Positions 24,594 through 38,100 of a stretch of 53,637 nt of DNA are shown here, one piece after another (within the stretch, counting starts at the first letter, position 1; the number at the start of each line of letters is the position of its first letter). Below the pieces are notes generated by a model. It made no database searches. It had not been told where the DNA came from and worked only from the letters and a program-made list of their open reading frames with translations. A program made the translations under genes and the position numbers. Source of the DNA: Chiloscyllium plagiosum. Taxonomy: Eukaryota. The stretch covers positions 8,357,788 to 8,411,424 of the forward strand of contig NC_057719.1 in assembly GCF_004010195.1 (NCBI RefSeq), given 5' to 3'.

Positions 24594-24986
24594 CTGGGAC
24601 ACCCGCACCAACCAACCCAACCGCCCTGTGGCTGTACACTTTAACTCCCCCTCCCACTCCACCAAGGACATGCAGGTCCTTGGCCTCCTCCATCGCCAGA
24701 CCATGGCAACACGACGCCTGGAGGAAGAGCACCTCATCTTCAGCCTAGGAGCCCTCTAATCACAAGGGATGAATGCAGATTTCTCCCACTTCCTCATTTC
24801 CCCTCCCCCCCACCTTGTCTCAGTGCCAACCCTCGGACTTAGCACCGCCTTCTTGACCTGCAATCTTCTTCCCGATCTCTCCCCCTCCACCCCCTCTCCG
24901 GCCTATCACCCTCACCTTAACCTCCTTCCACCTATCGCATTCCCAACGCCCATCCCCCAAGTCCCTCCTCCCTCCCTTTTATCTTA
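24594..24986 (+). mobile_element. Family A Penelope fragment, inverted copy of 22693-23084
   Basis: WDTRTNQPNRPVAVHFNSPSHSTKDMQVLGLLHRQTMATRRLEEEHLIF followed by the C-rich UTR. Confidence 0.9.
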
Positions 24987-25471
24987 GCCAGGCCAGCATT
25001 CATTACTCACCTTAATTGGCTAGAAGGTCATTCATTTTACTGTAGGTCTGGGATCACATGGAAGCCAGATCAGGTAGGGAGAGCAGATTTCCTTCACTCA
25101 CGGGGCAGTACTGAACTAGATGGCTTTCTATGGCAACTGACAGTGGTCACAAGATTGCTACTAGACTCACTCTTTATTCCAAATGTTTTTCATTGAATTC
25201 TGATTGCATCATATTCAATGGCAGAATTCAACCACATTGACCTGGCCTTCTGGATTATTACTCCAGAGACATTACCACTACACCACCACCTCCTGTTAAA
25301 TATATATTGCAAATGCAAGTCCTATGGTTTTTGGTTATGATACTGAATTATAAGTAATAAGATCCTGCTTGTAGTCCACCCAATGTGTACTGGAGTTACA
25401 TGCTGACCCTTATTTAGGGTCTTTGGAAGGATAACATCTTGACCAGATTAGTTTTTATTTTGTCTTCAATA

Positions 25472-25690
25472 CAGTCAGTTCTGATATAACGCATTAATTC
25501 CATTCCCGTGCGATCCTGCATTATAAGAAAACCACGTAATAGCAGCACCATTTAAACTAATGGGGCCAGACTTGTGATATAGCCAACCCAGGTAAGGCAA
25601 GTTCACATTCTACAAATAATGCTGTAAATTCTTCAGTCATGTTCAAGCCAAATTGTGATGAAGAGATGCGCGTTCGAGCAGAACTGCCTG
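25472..25690. mobile_element. Tc1/mariner-pogo (Tigger-like) MITE
   Basis: TA|CAGTCAGTTCTGATATAACGC ... GCGTTCGAGCAGAACTGCCTG|TA: imperfect TIRs starting CAG, with TA on both flanks. Confidence 0.75.
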
Positions 25691-25935
25691 TATTGTATGA
25701 GCACTGAAGCATGTTCAAAGATGACATCATGTCTTACAATGATGCAGTGACCAGTCTTCCTGAATTCTTTCCCCAGTCTTCAGAAGATTCTAGGCTAACT
25801 CTGGAGTATTGGTGACTTTAACCATCCCCTTTTAACAGGAGAGTGGGTGATTGTGATACTGAACCAATAACCCTTTCCTGACTAAATCCCCAGTATTTAT
25901 GGTCACATATGTCTATTCTACTAGACATGTAGCTT

Positions 25936-26085
25936 AGAGTCGTGAGTGTGGTGCTGGAAAAACATAGCAGGTCAGGCAGCATCTGAGGAGCAGGAAAATG
26001 GACGTTCCTCGGATGCTGCCTGACCTGCTGTGTTTTTCCAGCACCACACTCTCGACTCTAGCATCTGCAACCCTCACTTTCGCCT
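25936..26085. mobile_element. Family A fold-back element with the hammerhead core deleted
   Basis: GAGTGTGGTGCTGGAAAAACATAGCAGGTCAGGCAGCATC mirrored by GATGCTGCCTGACCTGCTGTGTTTTTCCAGCACCACACTC. Confidence 0.85.
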
Positions 26086-27059
26086 GTGCAACTGAGAGTC
26101 CAGGACGACAGATCTGGTTATGCAATTCCAACCACAACATGGGAATTTAAAAGTAATGACATATATTTTGGACTAAACCGCTTGCAATGGTTAGATTATT
26201 CTTAAAACCTTAGTCTTTCTAGCCCGATCTGACCTCCATGTGACTCCGAACCTGCAGCAATGGCCTCTATGTTGTAGTTTAACACCATTGTCTCAAGGCG
26301 TTTTCCCTAGGGATATAACTTCTTGTGAAACCCACATTCTGTGAATGAATTGACAGAAAAGGCAGCTGGTGAAACTCAGTTGAATGATGTCCGCTGTCCA
26401 TGGGCTGCCAATGGATACAAATGTTCATTTGCTCCATCCCTGCATTCGCACACTGTCTCCAGCAGCGTTTGCAAGATAGCAATTTGGCAAACGACGCCCC
26501 TTGAAAACCACTCTCAGAAAGACATGAAGGCATAGAGACAGTTAATTAAAATTTCACGGGAACGGTTCCTGGGATGAGGAATTCCACATTTGTAGTCAAT
26601 AAGAAAAGTTTTACCTGGGGAATGTTGGCAGGAAACTCAATGGAGATTTTCAAAATTACAATGGCTCTCAACAGAGTAGAGGGTAAAAGGTGTTCCTCTT
26701 GGTGGAAGAATCAAGAACAAGCATGTGCACATTATAGGTAACTGGTAATAGGAGGAAGTGAAGACAGGAGGAGAAGCCTTTTTATGCAGCGGTTAATTAA
26801 GGCCTGGAATGTGTTGAGAGTATGACGGGGGCAGGTTCAATCAAAGCAGTTAGGAGGAGATTAGAGTATTCTCTTGATAGAAACATTGTTTATTTTCTTT
26901 GCATGGGACAGTGGGCATTGCTGTTTAGGCTGGCATTTATTGAACACCCCCATAGCCCTTAAGAAGGTATTGGAGAACTATCTTCTGAAAGTGTTACAAT
27001 CCATGAGCAGGGTACGTTTATAGGTTCAGTGCTTCTGCAAAGTCAGACATCTACAGTCA

Positions 27060-28080
27060 GAATCGTAGAGTCATAGAGATGTACTGCACGGAAATAGACC
27101 CTTTGGTCCAACTCGTCCATGCCAACCAGATATCCCAACCTAATCTAGTCCCATTTGCCAGCACTTGGCCCATATTCCTCTGAGCCTTTCCTAATTCATA
27201 TATGTTCTGATTTGGAGATGCCGTTGTAAAAATTTGATGTCTGTGTCGATATGTGCGATCTTCTTGGAGATCCTCTCCACTTCAAGCCGAAAGCTAGTGC
27301 TTCCAATTAAACCTGTTGGTCTATAACCTGGTGTTGTGTGATTTTTAACTTTTAAGTGTTGTAAGTGTAAGAGCCTCCACCACTTCCACTGGCAGGGGAG
27401 ACAATGGCCTAGTGGTGTTGTTGCTGGACTCTTAACTCAGCGACCCAGGTATTGTTCTGGGAACCTGGGTTCAAATCCTGCTGTGATAGATGGTGGAAGT
27501 TAAATTCAATAGATATCTGGAATCAAGAGTCTATGATAACCAGGAATCTATTGCTGATTGTTGGAAAAATTCATATGGTTCAATAATATCCTTTAGGGGA
27601 AGGAAACTGCCATCCTTACCTGGTCTGGCCTACATATGACTCTAGGCCCACAGCAATGTGGTTGACTCCTAACTGCTCTCTGGGTAATAAATGCTGAGTG
27701 ATGTCCTCATTTTGTGAATGAGTAAAAACAAAGCTCATTCCATACATGCACCACCCACTGTGTGAAAAAAATGCACTTCAGGACCCTTTTATATCTTTCC
27801 CCTCTCACCCTAAACCTATGCCCTCTATTTCTGGACTTGCCCACCCCAGGGAAAAGATCTTGTCGATTTACCCTATCCATGCCCCTCAAAATTTTATAAA
27901 CCTCTACAAGCTCATCCCTCAGCCTCAGACACTCCAGGGAAAACAGCCCCAGTCTATTTAACGTCTTCCTATAGCTCAAATCCTCCAACCCTGGCAACAT
28001 CCTTGTAAATCTTTTCTGGACTCTTTCAAGTTTAACAACATCTTTCCCGTAGCAAGGTGACCAGAATTGAACACAGTGGA
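27060..28080 (-). mobile_element. CR1 3' fragment with a nested family D piece (27207-27351) and a SINE (27395-27730, +)
   Basis: ORF 27707-28000 LNRLGLFSLECLRLRDELVEVYKILRG..FFTQWVVHVWNEL. Confidence 0.85.
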
Positions 28081-28519
28081 CATTGCCGTGTAGTCAGTTT
28101 CTCCTTCAGACACTGAGTGTCTTCCTTCTGTGCTGTAACCACTCTGTGATTCTGAGATTGCAGATGATAATCCTGGAGGTTTGATGGCCATCTATGAGTC
28201 AGTTCAGAAGGTGTGTAATCCTTTTGGCAACAGCATCTACTCATTCTCACTTGGCTGGGGGAGAGGCAGGGCAGTGGGGTGAGGGGAAAGGAGCAAAATC
28301 CTTTGAGTTCTCTACTATCTGGAAACTTCAGTGATCACATCGTGCCTTCAGCCATGTTGGCATCCCTGATTATACTTTGTGTTGTATTATGTTGAAGGTA
28401 TGATGTACTCATTGTTTCAGACACCAAGCTTCTCTTGAGCATTTCACGTAATGTCTGTCACACAGTTGCCCTTCCCCTATGATCACATCTCACTGACAGA
28501 CACACATAATGTAAGGCTT

Positions 28520-28945
28520 GTATGAAGAATTCAAGGTGGAAGACGAGAGGACCTGGGACGGTTCTCTGTGCAGAGAACAAGGCTGAGAAGAGACTTAATT
28601 GAGGTTTTCACACAAGCAGATTGGATAGTGTAGATAGGGGGAAACTCTTCCCGTCATTAAAAAGGAAAACAAAATAACAAGAGGGCACAGATTTCAAGTG
28701 ATGTGCAAACAAAAAGAGGGTGATGTGAGGAAAAAAGCTTTTTTTTAAAATTAGACTATGGAATGCACTGCCTGGAAATGTCAGGCAGGCAGCTTCATTT
28801 GAGGTACTCAAGAGGGCATTGGATGGTTATATGGATAAAAATTATGTATAGGGCTATTGGAAAAGGCAGGAGATTGGTATTTGGTAATAGAGCTAGTGCA
28901 AGCTCAATGGGCTGAATGGCCTCCTACTGCTCTGTACAGTTCTAT
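28520..28945 (+). mobile_element. CR1 3' fragment
   Basis: RLRRDLIEVF and WNALPG motifs, followed by the CR1 UTR GGGCTGAATGGCCTCCT. Confidence 0.75.
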
Positions 28946-29049
28946 AACTGTCATACTGTCAACCTTCAAGGAAAGAAAGTGCAGGGGAGAGTTGATAGCA
29001 GCATCCAAGGTCATGATTGCTTTTGATAGAGTCAGTAAAGGAGGTTAAG

Positions 29050-29213
29050 GAGCCTATCATTCCCTATTACTTTATCCATGGTCACGCATTGGTCAATCAG
29101 AGTGTCCTATACTATAATTTGCTATGATCATATGAAATTTGGCATTCTTGCATTTGTCCTGATGAATGCAATATGAAAAACTTTGCTAATGTGCCTCTAT
29201 TTTCAGCAATACT
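29050..29213 (+). mobile_element. Family E remnant with hammerhead-like motif
   Basis: CTTGCATTTGTC-CTGATGA-ATGCAATAT-GAAA-AACTT at 29147-29183. Confidence 0.55.
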
Positions 29214-29893
29214 TAAGAGAAAATAATTTCACTGGCCAAGAGGACATGGATTTAAAAGAATTTGCAAATGAACCAGGTGAGAAATGAGATTTTCTTTCCA
29301 ATGTAACAAATAATTACATTGCTATGGGTTTCATTGCAAGAGCATAGACTCAAACTGAATCGATAAAAGTAAATGGCACACGATAGTGGGAAAACTGCGG
29401 GGAAGGAGGACTAATTGGAAAGTGTTTTCAAAGAGCTAGCATAAGCAGGGTGGGCCAAATGGCTTCTTGCTGGTCTACACTATATATAATGCACCAATCT
29501 AGGAAGGTGAAGAACAATTGTATCACATAGATGTTTGCTGTCAATCGCTGTTGCTCACTGCTTCACATTGCAACTGTTTCTCATAGACAACGACACTCTG
29601 TGTTTCCTTCAAGATTGAATAAACTGTCTCATAACCCATCAGCTTCTCTGACAGATAGTGACATTAATCCTTTCAGTTTACAGTCTGATAAAAAAGATAC
29701 AAATAACCTGCATTGATATAATGCCATTCATAACCTTAGCGTGTGCTGAAGCATTATGCAGAAATCAGGCTGCTTTTGGAATATTGTGATTTTTATGATG
29801 TGGGATAAAAGGGCATAGTATTTATGCACAGAATGATCCCATACACAGCAGCATGATTACCAAAGATTAGCGAAGAGTAGTTCTTAATAGTAA

Positions 29894-31110
29894 TGTACTC
29901 CTTGCGATGAAAAGTGTGTGATCTGTATATTACATAAGAAAGTTATTTTAGAGTTTGGATTTTGAACTAGTGGCATGGGGGTTTTGTTCTATGTATATGA
30001 AAGGGTTTAATGATTAACTTGCTAGCATTTCTGGAGCTATGACTTTTTAAAATCAGTACGAAAGTGGGAGTCCATGGATGTTAATGGTAATTTATTTGAA
30101 TTGGGAGAGTTTGATGAATGGGCAGTGTAAACACTGAAGAGCATTAGCTGGCTTTCAGTTAGAAGAATCAGGAAGTTCTTTTTGCTGAAGGGAAAATTCC
30201 ATAGCTTAGAAAGTTTCGTTTTTAATTGACAGGTGGCCTGGTTGATGTTAGATGTATGAAACAGTTTCTCCGAGAGAAAAGAATGAATTTGAAAAAGTTA
30301 CGAAATAAGTTACTTCCATATAAGTGCTTCAGTTGCAAGCACTGTACCAGAAGTATTTAGGTAAGACCATGAAGGTGATTATTTGGATCTGAGGAAGTCT
30401 AAGCTCAGTTGTATGAATAATCGAGGAAGAGGCTATCAAGCCCTCAACAGCTAAAATTGAAAGGAACCATTAAGTTAAACCTATAGTGCAGGATGGCTTA
30501 GTGGTGAGCACTGCTACCTCACAGCGCCTGGGATTCCAGCCTTGAGTGACTGTCTGTATGAAGTTTGCACATTCCCCCTGTACTTGTGTGGGTTAGGTGC
30601 TCCGGTTTCCTCCCACAGTCCAAAGGTGTGCAGGTTATGTGGATTGATCATGCTAAATTTCACATATGTCCAGGGATGTGCAGGCTAGATGAATTTGCCA
30701 TGGGAATATGCAGGGTTACAAGGATAGGATAGGGGCATGGGTCTGGGTGGGATGCTCTTTGGTGGGTCAGTGTGGATATGATGGGTCGAATGGCTGGCTT
30801 CCACACTGTAGGGATTCTATACATGTGACAGAAATTCAAACTCTCTTTGCTGTTTGTGTATTGTGAAGTGATGGTGTTGGGATAGATGTGACTGTGTATT
30901 CACTCTGTGTTTTGAAATGTGTTTTATATCAATCACATGTTTTATTCTGTTTTAACTCCATTGTTTTCACATAATAAAACCCAAATCAAATCTCCGTAAT
31001 TCTGTGGTTTTATTTCAGTGAAAGATGACCTTGTTAAATAAAATCAATCAAGACAGGTTTCAGACTGGGATCTGACTTGTCCTGCAGTAACATTAGTTGT
31101 GGTTATCATA
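29894..31110 (+). mobile_element. Possible old solo LTR with a V-SINE nested at about 30490-30820
   Basis: The SINE is clear; the LTR call rests only on a TG start, AATAAA at about 30973 and a ..ATCATA end. Confidence 0.4.
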
Positions 31111-34100
31111 TCCTCAAATGAATAAGATTCTCAAAATTGAAAAACAGGATGCCATAAATTTATGAAGGTGGCAGGTTATATAATTGCCTTACTTGCACTT
31201 AAAATACAATGTTTACAACAAGACTAACCCATGGACAGTTGGGTTGTGAATTAAAACTTATTTCTGGTTAGGTCCTTGGGTCGATACAAATCCAGATACC
31301 TACGGTAAACAGCCAGCTTTTCCATACCTTCCTCACTATCTCATATATAATTCCGCATCGCATGATCATAAATAAGTCAACATGCATTCCTTGTTAGAAG
31401 ATTCAGTTTGAAAACAGCAGGACAGAGATTGATTTTTGTTGGGTAAGGGATAAGTCACCAATGTGGGTAGATGAAGTTAAGATACAAATCAGTCATAGTC
31501 TAATTGAAGTGTAAGCTCAAGGGGCTGAATGGCCATCTCTAGTCCCTATGCATTTAATTGTCTTTCCCTAATCGATAGGCTACATTTCCTCAGTGTGCAA
31601 GTTTGTTTTTTGAAAGACCAGTAGGACTCCCTTACTTTGTTATCATGTCGATATTTTCACTCTTGTTACATGTAATTGCTATTCTACCAAGTGTAACTTT
31701 CCATTATAGGTCGGTCAATGATTCATACCAGTTAGTCTCGAGCCTCTACAGAAATCCCAATTGTAACAAAGGTTGTCTATCCAGATGTTTCCATTTGCGT
31801 TTTAACTTACACTGATTCAGTGATAATCTTTAGTTAAACCCCTTATTTCTGGCCATTGCTGCAGGGTCAGCTCTGAATCAATAGCCCAGCATGTCTTTAG
31901 ATTGGTTTAAACCTCTCTGCTTAACAGAAGGAGGCCAAAGGTTAACCTTGCCTCAATGGATAATCAATAGCAGGATAACTTTCATAGCAATCAGGTCAAA
32001 CTGATTAACTGTTTCCTTTCAAGATAATGACCATATAATCTGTATTACTGATGTAGATTGAGAGATAAATATTGGCAAGGGCATAAACTTACATTTATAA
32101 CTTTTCTTTTTATACATAGTTGCACAGATCTTTTACTAGGTATCTAAAAATGCCCCTTCCAACAGGCAACACCTTATTGTTTCTTCCTAATCGCACAGGT
32201 GAGACTTAAGAGTCAACCACATTGCCAGGAGTCTAGAGTCACATGTAGGTCAATTTATCTGTCCCTAACAGGCATTAATGAAACAGATGAGATTTTAAAC
32301 AAGAATTTACAGTGGTTATTTGGTCACAATCATCCAAGTTTTTAATTTCCAGATTTTCATTGAATCCAATTTTTACCATCTAACCTGGTGGGATTTAAAC
32401 CCATGTCCCAGACAATTAACTGGGATTCTGGATTACCTTGTCCAGTGAAATTACCACAGACTCCCACCTCCCTTAGTACTGCATTAAATCATCAGGCTAG
32501 AATTTGTGGTATACTGTCTCAGGAGGTGGGAGTGCTATTAGAGAAGACCAAACTCAGTTAAAGTATAACCAAACAAAAAAGGGGAAGAGGTAGAGAAACG
32601 TGCTACTGCAGAATTGTTGGTAACAGAGTAAATAGTTCAGGACTGGAGCTGAGTGGAAGCAAACAGAGAGCAGCCTGAGAAGGGAAGAGACTTTGATTCA
32701 AAACGGTTTCCAATGAGGGGAAGCTGAAAAGTGACTTCACAAAAGGGCTTTGGTAAATTTGAACCTGTGTTAATTGTGTCTTGTTAATTTATTGGTTACA
32801 ACTTGCATTAGCAGAGATACAAAAACAGTAAAAAATTTACAAAAAAAAAAATTTAATCTAATTAAATAAAGTCATGATGGAAGGTCAGGTAATGTGTTGT
32901 TTCAGCATGATGTGGGAACTGGTTGACCCTATTGTGGTTCCCAGTGACCATGTCTGTAGTAAATGTTGGTTGCTGGAAGAAGTCGATGAGCTGGAGTCTG
33001 AGCTTCAAACATTGTGACACATCAGGAAGGAGGAGAGTTATCAAGATGCTGTGTTTCAGGAGACAGTAACACCCCTTAGACTAACTAACTTGAATTAAGC
33101 CAGTGGTCGGGAGCAGGAGGTTGTAGCTGTGAGTGAGGCAGGTGGAGGAATCGAGGAGGTAAAATTTGCTTGAGCCTCAGCCCTTGTCCTTGTCCAACAG
33201 GTTCAAGAGTTTATGTGTGGGCAGGAATGGGGCCTACAGGGAGGATGAGCTGACTGACCACAACACCGCGGTGCAGGGATCCTTTCAAGTGGGGGGAGAG
33301 AAGAGAAATGTTGTAATTGGGGGATGGTGTGGTTAGAGGCACAGGCAGTGTTCTCTGTAACCAGGATCGAAAGTCCCGAAGGTTGTGTTGCCTGTTTGGT
33401 GCTGGGGTTCGGGATATCTCATCTGGGCTGCAGAGGAACTTAGAGTGGGAGGGTAAAGATCTCTCACTACAAGGTCGCAGTCCTCGTAGGTACCAACGAC
33501 AGAGATAAAACTATGGCAGAGGTTCTGCTAAGGGAGTATGAAAAGCTAGGATCTAAATTGAAAAGCAGAACCAAAAAAATAATAATCTCTGGATTACTAC
33601 CTGAGCCATGAGCTAATTGGCACAGGGTCAATAAGATTAAGCAGCTAAATACATGGCTCAGAGATTGGTGTGGGAGAAACGGGTTCTAATTTATGGAACA
33701 TTGGCACCAGTATTGGGGAAGAAGGGGCCTGTTCTGATGGGACGGTCTTCATCTGAACCATGCTGGGACCAGAGTCCTAGCAAATCGCATAACCAGGACT
33801 GGAGACAGGGCTTTAAACTAAATAGAGGGTGGGAGACTCAGTTATAGGGGAAATTAGAAAAGCTGAGTTAAAGGACAAGGACAAGGCAGAACTCAGGAGA
33901 GGTTATTAAAATCTCCAACACAGACACAAAAAAGCCGGAGTGTATGGAAAGGGTTAGCACTCAAACTCGAAGCACGTTGGACAAATCAGTGAGAAGAGGG
34001 ATGGTTAATACAGGACTGAAAGTGTTATATCTGAATGCACGCAGTGTAAGGAATAAGGCAAATGAACTTGTGGTGATGATTGAAATTGGCAGGTATGATG

Positions 34101-35118
34101 TGGTGGGTACCACAGAGACATGGCTGCAAGGGGATCAGGATTGGGAGCTGAATATTCAAGGATATCCATCCTTTTGAAATAATGGGCAAAAAAGGGGTGG
34201 GTTTGCCTATGAGTAAGAAATGAAATTAAATCAATAGTAAGAAACAAAGTAGGGTCAGATGATGTAGAATCTGTGTGGGTAGAATTGAGGAACTGCAAGG
34301 GTAAAAACAAAATACAGTTGCAGTTATGCACAGGCCTCCAAATAGTAATCAGGAGCTGGGCCGCAACATACACCAGGAGATACAAACGCAGTGTAGGAAA
34401 GGCAAAGTTACAGAGATCATGGGGGATTTCAATATGCAGGTGGACTGGGAAAATCAGGTTGGCAGTGGATTGCGAGGAAAGGAATTTGTGGGATATCTAT
34501 GAGATGGCTTTTTGGAGCAGCTTGTGGTGGAGCCCATTAAGGAACAGGCAATACTGGATTTAATGTTGTGCAATGAGACAGACTTGATAAGGGAGCTGAA
34601 GGTGAAGAAACCCTTAGGAGGCAGTAATTATAATAAAACAGAAACAACGGTAATGGTATTTCAGCTGAGTACGGGCATGAGGGAGGAGCTGGGTAGGATT
34701 GACTGGGAGAGAGGAGCCTAGCAGGTAAAACAGTGGAACAGCAATGATGGTAGTTTCTGGGAGTAATTCAGGAGACTCAGCAGACATTCATCCCTAGGGA
34801 AAAGAAGCATGTACAGGGAGGATGAGGTAACCATGGCTGACTAGGGAAGTCAGGGATAGCATAAAAACAAAAGAGAAAGCAGATAATGTGGCGAAGGGCA
34901 GTGGGAAAGCAGGGGATTGGGAAGCTTACAAAGATCAACAGAGTCTAGATTAGAGTGGTGCTGGAAAAGCACAGCAGTTCAGGCAGCATCCTTTATACCT
35001 AAAGATCAACAGAGGGCAACAAAAAGAGAAATAAGGAGGGAGAATATTAAATATGTGAGTAAGCTAGCCAGTAATATAAAGGAAGACTGTCAGAGTTCTT
35101 TAGATATAGAAAGGACAA

Positions 35119-38100
35119 AAGAACATAGAACATAGAACATTACAGTGCAGTGCAGTACAGGCCCTTCAGCCCTCGATGTTGCGCCGACCTGTCATACCAA
35201 TCTGAAACCCATCTAACCTACACTATTCCACGTACGTCCATATGCTTGTCCAATGACGACTTAAATGTACTTAAAGTTGGCGAATCTACTACCGTTGCAG
35301 GCAAAGCATTCCATACCCTTACTACTCTCTGAGTAAAGAAACTACCTCTGACATCTGTCCTATATCTATCACCCCTCAATTTAAAGCTATGCCCCCTTGT
35401 GTTCACTGTCACCATACTTGGAAAAAGGCTCTCCCTGTCCACCCTATCTAACCCTCTGAATATTTTATATGTCTCTATTAAATCACCTCTCAACCACCTT
35501 CTCTCTAACGAAAACAGCCTCAAGTCCCTCAGCCTTTCCTCGTAAGACCTTCCCTCCATACCAGGCAATATCCTAGTAAATCTCCTCTAAACCCTTTCCA
35601 AAGCTTCCACATCCTTCTTATAATACGGTGACCAGAACTGTACACAATACACCAACTGCAGCCGCACCAGAGTTTTGTACAGCTGTACAAAAATCTCATG
35701 GTTCCGGAACTTGATCCCTCTATTAATAAAGGCTAAAACACTGTATGCCTTCTTCACAACCCTGTCAACCTGGGTGGCAACTTTCAAGGATCTGTGTACC
35801 TGGACACCGAGATCTCTCTGCTCATCTACACTACCAAGAATCTTACCATTACCCAGTACTTTATATTCCGGTTACTCCGACCAAAGTGAATCACCTCACA
35901 NNNNNNNNNNNNNNNNNNNNNNNNNNNNNNNNNNNNNNNNNNNNNNNNNNNNNNNNNNNNNNNNNNNNNNNNNNNNNNNNNNNNNNNNNNNNNNNNNNNN
36001 NNNNNNNNNNNNNNNNNNNNNNNNNNNNNNNNNNNNNNNNNNNNNNNNNNNNNNNNNNNNNNNNNNNNNNNNNNNNNNNNNNNNNNNNNNNNNNNNNNNN
36101 NNNNNNNNNNNNNNNNNNNNNNNNNNNNNNNNNNNNNNNNNNNNNNNNNNNNNNNNNNNNNNNNNNNNNNNNNNNNNNNNNNNNNNNNNNNNNNNNNNNN
36201 NNNNNNNNNNNNNNNNNNNNNNNNNNNNNNNNNNNNNNNNNNNNNNNNNNNNNNNNNNNNNNNNNNNNNNNNNNNNNNNNNNNNNNNNNNNNNNNNNNNN
36301 NNNNNNNNNNNNNNNNNNNNNNNNNNNNNNNNNNNNNNNNNNNNNNNNNNNNNNNNNNNNNNNNNNNNNNNNNNNNNNNNNNNNNNNNNNNNNNNNNNNN
36401 NNNNNNNNNNNNNNNNNNNNNNNNNNNNNNNNNNNNNNNNNNNNNNNNNNNNNNNNNNNNNNNNNNNNNNNNNNNNNNNNNNNNNNNNNNNNNNNNNNNN
36501 NNNNNNNNNNNNNNNNNNNNNNNNNNNNNNNNNNNNNNNNNNNNNNNNNNNNNNNNNNNNNNNNNNNNNNNNNNNNNNNNNNNNNNNNNNNNNNNNNNNN
36601 NNNNNNNNNNNNNNNNNNNNNNNNNNNNNNNNNNNNNNNNNNNNNNNNNNNNNNNNNNNNNNNNNNNNNNNNNNNNNNNNNNNNNNNNNNNNNNNNNNNN
36701 ATGATTATAAATCCTATCTCTTATAACCTTTTCCAACACTTTACCAACAACTGAAGTAAGGCTCACTGGTCTATAATTACCAGGGTTGTCTCTACTCCCC
36801 TTCTTGAACAGGGGAACCACATTTACTATCCTCCAGTCTTCTGGCACTATTCCTGTAGACAATGACGATTTAAAGATCAATGCCAAAGGATCGGCAATCT
36901 CCTCCCTGGCTTCCCAGATGATCCTTGGATAAATCCCATCCTGCCCAGGGGACTTATCTATTTTCACACACTGCAGGATTTCTAATACCTCTTCCTTCTG
37001 AACCTCAATCCCACCCAGTCTAGTAGCCTGTATCTCAGTATTCTCCTCGACAACATTGTCGTTTTCTAGAGTGAATACTGTCGAAAAATATTCATTTAGT
37101 GCTTCCCCTATCTCCTCTGACTCCACACACAACTTCCCACTACTATCCTTGATTGGACCTAATCTTACTCTCGTCATTCTTTTATTCCTTGAGTATCTTT
37201 AGAAAGACTTAGGGTTTACCCTGATCCTATCCGCCAACAACTTCTCATGTCTCCTCCTGGCTCTTCTGAGCCTTGACCAACAATGCCACACCTCCCCCTC
37301 TTTTACCATCTTCTCTGTTCTTACTGAAACATCGAAATCCTGGAACCTGCAACAACCATTCCTGTCCCTGCTCTATCCATGTCTCCGAAATGGCCACAAC
37401 ATCGAAGTCCCAGGTACCAACCCATGCTGCAAGTTCACCCACCTTATTCCAGATGCTCCTGGCATTGAAGTAGACACACTTCAAACCAACTTCTTGCTTG
37501 CCAGCGCCATCTTGCATCCCTGAAACCTGATTTCAGACCTCCCTACTCTCAACCTTTTCTATACTCGAACTACAATTTTGGTTCCCATCCTCCTGCTGGA
37601 TTAGTTTAAACCCACCCCATTAGCCTTGGCGAATTTCCCCCCCAGGATATCGGTACCCCTGTGGTTCAGGTGAAGACCATCCTGCTTGTAGAGGTCCCAC
37701 CTACCCCAGAAAGAGGCCCAATTATCCAAGAATCCAAAACCCTCCCTCCTGCACCATCCCTGTAGCCACGTGTTCAACTCCTCTCTCTCCCTATTCCTCG
37801 CCTCACTAGCACGTGGCACGGGCAACAAACCAGAGACAACAACTCTGTTCGTCCTACCTCTAAGCTTCTATCCTAGCTCCCTGAATTTCTGCCTTAAATC
37901 CCCATCTTTCTTCCTACTTATGTCGTTGGTGCCTATGTGGACCATGACTTGGGGCTGCTCCCACTCCCCCTTAAGGATCCCAAAAACACGATCAGAGACA
38001 TCACGAACCCTGGCACCTGGGAGGCAACATACCAACCGTGAGTCTCTCTCGTCCCCACAGAACCTCCTATCTGTCCCCCCTAACTATGGAGTCCCCAATG
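35119..38100 (-). mobile_element. Younger CR1 inserted antisense, 5'-truncated in ORF1, with an internal deletion at about 37270
   Basis: ORF1 esterase WCRREGFGFLDNW..DGLHLN; ORF2 YFNARSI..ISETW, DKSPGQDGIYP, GNYRPVSLTSV, FFTQRVVRVWNALP; (AGAACAT)n tail at 35119-35140. Confidence 0.93.
35901..36700. other. Assembly gap
   Basis: Run of N inside CR1. Confidence 1.

Noticed and set aside
35675..36754. Long ORFs of 319-428 aa here and at 51090-52260
   Set aside because: Their length comes from N runs translated as X
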